Made by a program: the position numbers and the translations under genes. From positions 1 through 64,000 of the forward strand of contig JANRKO010000028.1 in the NCBI GenBank assembly GCA_033763455.1: DNA of 64,000 nt. Reading direction: 5' to 3'. Shown here piece after piece: positions 59,801-64,000 of the stretch (position 1 is the stretch's first letter; every line of letters starts with the position of its first letter). The DNA comes from Polyangiaceae bacterium. Lineage in GTDB: Bacteria; Myxococcota_A; Polyangia; Polyangiales; Polyangiaceae. Under the pieces are notes generated by a model, which was not told the origin of the DNA, did not search any database, and was given only the letters and a program-made list of their open reading frames with translations.

Positions 59801-61273
59801 AGAGGCGGGGCCTACCAGCGCGCCGCAGACTACTACCTGGAAGCAGGCGCCGCCGCCCGCTCTAGTTATCAAACGGAGCTGGCCCTTAGGTATTATCGAC
59901 GCGTTGTGGGCATGATCAAAGAGAACAGCCTGCGGGGGCTGGAAGCTCATGAGGCGCTTGAAGCCATTTACCGCAACCAGGGCCGCTGGCGGCAGCGCCG
60001 GGAGCACCTCGATAGGTTGCGAGCGCTGGCAAAAATTAGCAAAAATCCCTATTGGGCGGCAACCGCATTTCTGCGCACAGCGCGCTACCACATCGACGCC
60101 GGCCGATTTCAGCGTTCGCTGCTTTCGGCGGAGCGTGCCGAAAAAATGGCGGTGCTTGCGGGTTCGCCTATCTTGCAAGTGCAGGCGTACGTGCTGCTAG
60201 CGGAAACATGGCGTGACCTTGGCGATGTGCAGGCCGCCCTTTTGGCGATGGATCGAGCTTTATCTACTGCGGCCGATCCCAATGTGCCTGCGCGCATTCG
60301 CGCCGAAGTTTTGCGCTCTCGTGGCACGCTTCTGCGGCGGGTGGGTCGAGTTCACGAAGCCGTGCAGGGGTACGTGGAAGCGATAGCCGTCTTTAAAGGG
60401 GTTGGTGCGCGAAGGATGGAAGCGCGAGCTAAGAATTCACTCGCGTACGCCATGTTTGTGTTGGGGCGCTACGAAGACGCCATCGCTCTGGCGTTGAATG
60501 CAATTCAAATCGACTTGGCTATTGGAGGCAGATTTCAGATCGCAAAAACACTCTGCACGATCGGACGTTCGTACGCTGCCCTTGGCGATTCAGCGCGTGG
60601 CCTCGCGTACCTGAAGCGCGCCCGTCAGGCTCATGAGCGCTACGCTGACCAAGATGCCCGCGCCGACACTCTTTTGTCTACGGCATCGGTGATGCTTGAG
60701 ATTGGCCAGGGAGAAGCCGCCGAGCCGTTGATTGGGGACGCCGGAGCTTTGGTCACTGTTACCCAGAATCCGTACGATACCGTGCACGAAAAAATTGTTC
60801 GTGCATTGGCGGCCCGTGCGACCGGGCGGTTTGATCAGGCCGTGCTGTTCGCGTTTGAAGCGCGCCACTCGGCCGAGGCGCAGGCCTACGTATCGTTTCT
60901 GTTTTATGCGATGGCGATTGAGGCGGTAAGCCGCGTAGACCTCGGGGAAAACCACAACGGAATACTTCTAGCCACCATGGCCATGGGAGCCCTGGAAACG
61001 CTTCAGGGTAGCGAATACGGCATTCAAACCCGCGCCCTTTGTTGTGAAGCGTTGGAGCGCGGAGGTTCCCCACAGGTTGCGGAATTGCGCCGAAGATCTA
61101 CGCTATACTTGAGAAACGTCTTGGGAGCTGTGCGTCACGCGGATAGTCGAGGAAGGTTTTTGCGGCGGCCCGCTGTGTACCAGTTGCTTTCCGATTTAGA
61201 CGCACCCCGGCTTCGTGCATGGGCCAAGGCTGAGGCTTCAGAGCCGGCGCCGAGTGCTCAAGGTGAAGGATGA
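56861..61273 (+). CDS. Ser/Thr kinase, degenerate class III cyclase-like domain, STAND-type AAA ATPase, TPR repeats
   Basis: GVGGMAEV, HRDVSPQN, DFG; REVRHVAVV; VGRDAEL, GELGIGKT, VVVLDGVQWSD, GNPFFL; helical repeats. Confidence 0.9.
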   Translation: MSDAQDRPVPKRLADFEIVRRLGVGGMAEVFLARKRGAEGTFKQLVVKRILPKFGASRRFRTMFAEEAQLATRLNHPNIVQVYDFQDYGEDGQLLSMEHVDGPDLRRLIHAARAKDRRLSPYVAAYIIGEVAKGLHYAHARRDDAGTPLGIVHRDVSPQNVLLSYDGAVKIADFGIASANMFRDEEGVLKGKTAYMSPEQARGEKADLRTDVYSLGVVFHELLTARPMRGALDGQELFEAVRAGAVEPPSTFVTLIPPEIEALVMKALKRDADERFQSARDFAFAISRVLFESQKLVDAQVLEASISDLVGRDPPAALGGNTGALDGAEPADVEDDPDAVWEDERTGPGQPLPSERLRERVGREVRHVAVVTLRLHGREELKRELGAHEAERFWIQLRATLEEIAFKRGARWSWEEHEHAVNPSDTMGKARAIVGLTANPARAASDAAWLSVDVHEAISGSSSHLDTLVQASVGIVRAIATGRRDQAGHLVEHELREPGNDLADLLGDRAPAGATWVAGGLYRLLRRDFRWGDTPSIEIEPTEEQPLPRQMRTYSLVRPLTRDERLEAAARVPNEIVGRDAELADLHGAYTSVVGVGKPSRVDARVIFGELGIGKTVLVNLFLNELPPDARVVRAECSPVQSELPYANIAEWARQLTGIQTGDPLEAACERIEALFGSEVGPAQAHTLALRMAELAAGHAVSGLDEGDSALLRSQVTEGLGQLFQQAADDAPLVVVLDGVQWSDRPSLEIICELVKKHEAWPILVLFVTRPDERVATLLEGFVRAELVGLQSEHQLALMEAHLGVQRGVRAACADLLPRASGNPFFLLEMVDALLERGALEIVDSEGGQELRRIERPGESVAPLPSTLEQLIADRLNELPEAEQAVMSWLSVAGGPLALEALQSLQSLDLAEAVERLNARGLTHLRGGEVDVRHPLTRDVAYLALSQNQKRRMHRRLAVALSHTPLGKGLSAAIVASHFARGGAYQRAADYYLEAGAAARSSYQTELALRYYRRVVGMIKENSLRGLEAHEALEAIYRNQGRWRQRREHLDRLRALAKISKNPYWAATAFLRTARYHIDAGRFQRSLLSAERAEKMAVLAGSPILQVQAYVLLAETWRDLGDVQAALLAMDRALSTAADPNVPARIRAEVLRSRGTLLRRVGRVHEAVQGYVEAIAVFKGVGARRMEARAKNSLAYAMFVLGRYEDAIALALNAIQIDLAIGGRFQIAKTLCTIGRSYAALGDSARGLAYLKRARQAHERYADQDARADTLLSTASVMLEIGQGEAAEPLIGDAGALVTVTQNPYDTVHEKIVRALAARATGRFDQAVLFAFEARHSAEAQAYVSFLFYAMAIEAVSRVDLGENHNGILLATMAMGALETLQGSEYGIQTRALCCEALERGGSPQVAELRRRSTLYLRNVLGAVRHADSRGRFLRRPAVYQLLSDLDAPRLRAWAKAEASEPAPSAQGEG

Positions 61274-62550
61274 GTACTCACGATTCGACTGGGATGGCAC
61301 GTCGCTTAGCCGTGGTGCTGGCTGGAGGTGGAGCTCGCGGTGCATACGAGGCGGGAGTGCTTTCGTATATCTTCGACGAGCTCACGGGGCAGCGGGGCCA
61401 TGCGCCGGAAGTCGATTTTCTTTGTGGCACGAGCGTGGGAGCCATCAACTGCGCGTACCTCGCCTCGCACCTCGAAGATCCGGTGTTTGGCGCGCGCCGT
61501 TTAGTAGACGTCTGGATGAACATGAAGATGAGCGACGTGCTCGGCTTTGGCATGCGTCAGACGCTGAGGCTTCCACGCGTGCTCATGGGTGGTGCTGACG
61601 GAGCTGGGCTGTTCGACGTCTCGCCGATGGCGGACTTTTTGAGCAGGCAAATCCCGTGGCGCGCCATCTCTCGTAATCTTAGGCGCGGGCGTCTGCACGG
61701 GCTCAGCCTCTCGGCTACGGAGGTGTCAAGTGGCCGAACCACGTTGTTCATGCAGCTTTCGCCGGAAACCCCGTTTCCCACGCGCGCGCCCATGCGCACC
61801 ATCATCCGACCCACGCGCATAGGCCCGCTGCACACGCTGGCTTCTGCCGCCATCCCGCTCTTGTTTCCCCCCGTGTCTATCGATGGTCAGCTGTACGTAG
61901 ATGGCGCCGTACGCCAAAGCACGCCGATTGCTCCTGCACTTCGCTTGGGTGCTTCCCACGCGCTTGTGATTGGAACCTCGCAAGCCGCGCAGGGTGATTC
62001 GCCAAAGACAACCGTGAAGGCTCCTAGTGCCGCATTCTTGCTTGGTAAGATGATGAACGCGCTCCTGCTCGATCATCTCGATTCCGACGTGGGGATGGTG
62101 AACCTTCTAAATAACATTGTTGGCACGGGAGAAGCAGCCTTTGGGGTGGGCTTCGACGCACAATTCAACGCAGCCGCAGCACGCCGTGGCGGCCATATGC
62201 TCAAACCCATTCAGATGCTCGTAATTCGTCCAAGCCAGGGCATCGGTTACTTAGCAGCCCAATATGTGCGCCAGGGGCGGCTGAAAACTGGTCCGTTGCT
62301 CACACGCCGTCTGTTTCAGATGATGGATGTGGGCGTGGGGGACGATGCCGATCTGACGAGCTATTTCTTGTTCGATGGTGGCTTTGCCCGGGAACTGGTG
62401 GAGCTTGGTCGCGCTGATGCGAGGGCCATGAAGAGCGAGATCTTGGGCTTCTTGGATGCAGCCGAGAGCCCGGATCCGGTGGGCCTTTCACCCGGGCACG
62501 CGAGCTCAAGTGACGGTAGTTGGTCGCTTCCGCCTGGGCAGAATGCGTAG
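61270..62550 (+). CDS. Patatin-like phospholipase
   Basis: GGGARG, GTSVG and DGA motifs; ATGA overlap with the kinase gene. Confidence 0.93.
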   Translation: MSTHDSTGMARRLAVVLAGGGARGAYEAGVLSYIFDELTGQRGHAPEVDFLCGTSVGAINCAYLASHLEDPVFGARRLVDVWMNMKMSDVLGFGMRQTLRLPRVLMGGADGAGLFDVSPMADFLSRQIPWRAISRNLRRGRLHGLSLSATEVSSGRTTLFMQLSPETPFPTRAPMRTIIRPTRIGPLHTLASAAIPLLFPPVSIDGQLYVDGAVRQSTPIAPALRLGASHALVIGTSQAAQGDSPKTTVKAPSAAFLLGKMMNALLLDHLDSDVGMVNLLNNIVGTGEAAFGVGFDAQFNAAAARRGGHMLKPIQMLVIRPSQGIGYLAAQYVRQGRLKTGPLLTRRLFQMMDVGVGDDADLTSYFLFDGGFARELVELGRADARAMKSEILGFLDAAESPDPVGLSPGHASSSDGSWSLPPGQNA

Positions 62551-62763
62551 GGGCGCGTCTCAACTTTGACCCATTTGCCAAATGGCGACTAGGCGTTCTA
62601 CGTATTGCGCCGGGCTTCCCGCCGAATCAACCCAACGATGCGATGTGCCCCACTGGGGCACAAATGGCTTGTGGAGTTCTCCGTCCCTCTTAGCTGGACC
62701 GACGGGCGAGAGCTAACGTGGGTGAACCGGTCGTCACGCTTAACAGGAGTGAGGGTGTTCTCG

Positions 62764-62778
62764 CGGCACGGTCCTTGC
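62764..62778 (+). promoter_or_regulatory. Sigma54 (-24/-12) promoter
   Basis: CGGCACGgtccTTGC(T), 14 nt before GTG 62792. Confidence 0.65.
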
Positions 62779-62791
62779 TGACACAGGCGCA

Positions 62792-64000
62792 GTGCGACTG
62801 GCTCTGTGTGTTGGGATATTCACGTTATGCTGCGTGTGCACCCGCCAATCTCGTGCTGATGGATCCAGTCCAGGGTTTTCGTCTGAGGAACAGCCCGTCG
62901 GGCCACAGAAAGAGGAAATAGAAATCGGTGCTGTTCCCCTGGTTGGCGGGGACACAGACGTAGGCGTTGGTGTCGGCTTCCTCGGCAGCGTCGCGCGCAT
63001 CGCGCCTGAAGGGGCCATACGGTACGCGTGGCGGGTTGAAAGCGGCAGCTTCGTTACGTTCAAATCAGGACGGGATGGGCTAGAGATCCCCTATTTTCAG
63101 GGCTACCTCGTGTGGACTCAGCCCCGCTTGTGGGATTCGCGTTTGCGTCTGGATCTTAGGCTCGAGCACGTGAGCGAAGCGAACATGCGTTACTTCGGAA
63201 TTGGAAACGCGTCTGTGCGCCCTCCTGGTGAGAATTCAGAACGTGATCTTTACACGCGCACGCGCCCAACGTTCTGGGGCCGCGCTCGTATGAAGCTTCC
63301 CTACTCGGCGTTTGTGGGATTCGGCGCTTCGGCGTCCCAAAACTGGATCACCGTGCCACCGAATTCTACCCTCGCTCAGGATTTGCGCACCGGCTCAGAG
63401 GAACTCAAAGGGTGGTTGCGTGGCACTTCCTCGCACGGTGTTCTCCTAGGCGAAGTGTCGGCCGGGTGGGATACCCGAGACGACGACATTGATCCCACGC
63501 GTGGGCAGTATCATCAGGTTACCTTCCGTGCGAGCCCTCACGTTGGGGGTAACTATCCTTTCTCTTACCAGCAGCTGAATACAGCGCTCAGGTTCTATGT
63601 TCCGCTTGTACAAGACAGAATGGTTGGGGTCCTCTGGAGTGGCTTCGACGCACTCTTTGGTACACCGCCATTCTACGAACTCGCTCGCTTCGACGAGACT
63701 TTCGCAATTGGCGGCAATCAGGGCGTACGTGGTGTTCCTGGGCAGCGCTACTATGGCAAGGTAAAGGTCATGGCGAGCGCCGAGCTTCGCACCCGAATCA
63801 CCAAGTTTGACTTGTTCGGTAGCCACTACGCCCTCGGCATCGCTACCTTTGCCGATACGGGTAGGCTATGGGCCGATTTTTCGAGGCACCCAGAGCTTGA
63901 TGGCACCACGCTGGGCCTAAAGTACGGGATTGGTGGAGGGTTACGCTTGCATCAAGGCAAGACCTTCGTGGTACGGGCGGATGTTGCCTGGTCGACCGAC
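62792..64000 (+). CDS. Omp85 (BamA/TamA family) outer-membrane protein, runs off the window end; absent from the ORF track
   Basis: Own translation: MRLALCVGIF...PLVGGDTDVGVG...WDTRDDDIDPTRG...GGNQGVRGVPGQRY...FADTGRLW...GIGGGLR; the upstream in-frame stop is at 62750. Confidence 0.85.
   Translation, partial: MRLALCVGIFTLCCVCTRQSRADGSSPGFSSEEQPVGPQKEEIEIGAVPLVGGDTDVGVGVGFLGSVARIAPEGAIRYAWRVESGSFVTFKSGRDGLEIPYFQGYLVWTQPRLWDSRLRLDLRLEHVSEANMRYFGIGNASVRPPGENSERDLYTRTRPTFWGRARMKLPYSAFVGFGASASQNWITVPPNSTLAQDLRTGSEELKGWLRGTSSHGVLLGEVSAGWDTRDDDIDPTRGQYHQVTFRASPHVGGNYPFSYQQLNTALRFYVPLVQDRMVGVLWSGFDALFGTPPFYELARFDETFAIGGNQGVRGVPGQRYYGKVKVMASAELRTRITKFDLFGSHYALGIATFADTGRLWADFSRHPELDGTTLGLKYGIGGGLRLHQGKTFVVRADVAWSTD

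Noticed and set aside
61270..64000. Patatin plus Omp85 as a split type Vd (PlpD-like) secretion system
   Set aside because: The patatin has no signal peptide, is coupled to the upstream kinase, and the Omp85 gene has its own promoter
1..64000. CRISPR array, tRNA, rRNA, transposase or integrase
   Set aside because: The longer tandem repeats are in-frame coding repeats without unique spacers; no RNA gene or recombinase motifs were recognised

Overview
GC-rich bacterial chromosome segment. The gene content (Myxococcus-type Cys-rich repeat protein, Hanks Ser/Thr kinases, DUF1592 protein, sigma54 activator) points to a myxobacterium; this is inference. There are about 38 CDS, and no rRNA, tRNA, CRISPR array, integrase or transposase was recognised. 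Core genes are alr, ribE, ribB with a degenerate GTP cyclohydrolase II domain, ribH, nusB, glgB and ugd. Main observations: (1) a 127-bp direct repeat of the promoter and first 33 codons of an AraC gene brackets a single GH113-like gene; (2) the rib-nusB cluster is split and ribH is inverted across about 11 kb of accessory genes; (3) an in-frame TAA interrupts the adaptor gene of a MacB-type ABC exporter; (4) several sigma54-type and sigma70-type promoters abut start codons, two of them with upstream repeat or palindrome elements; (5) a kinase/dead-cyclase/STAND/TPR gene overlaps a patatin gene. All family calls come from motifs read by eye; no database search was run.
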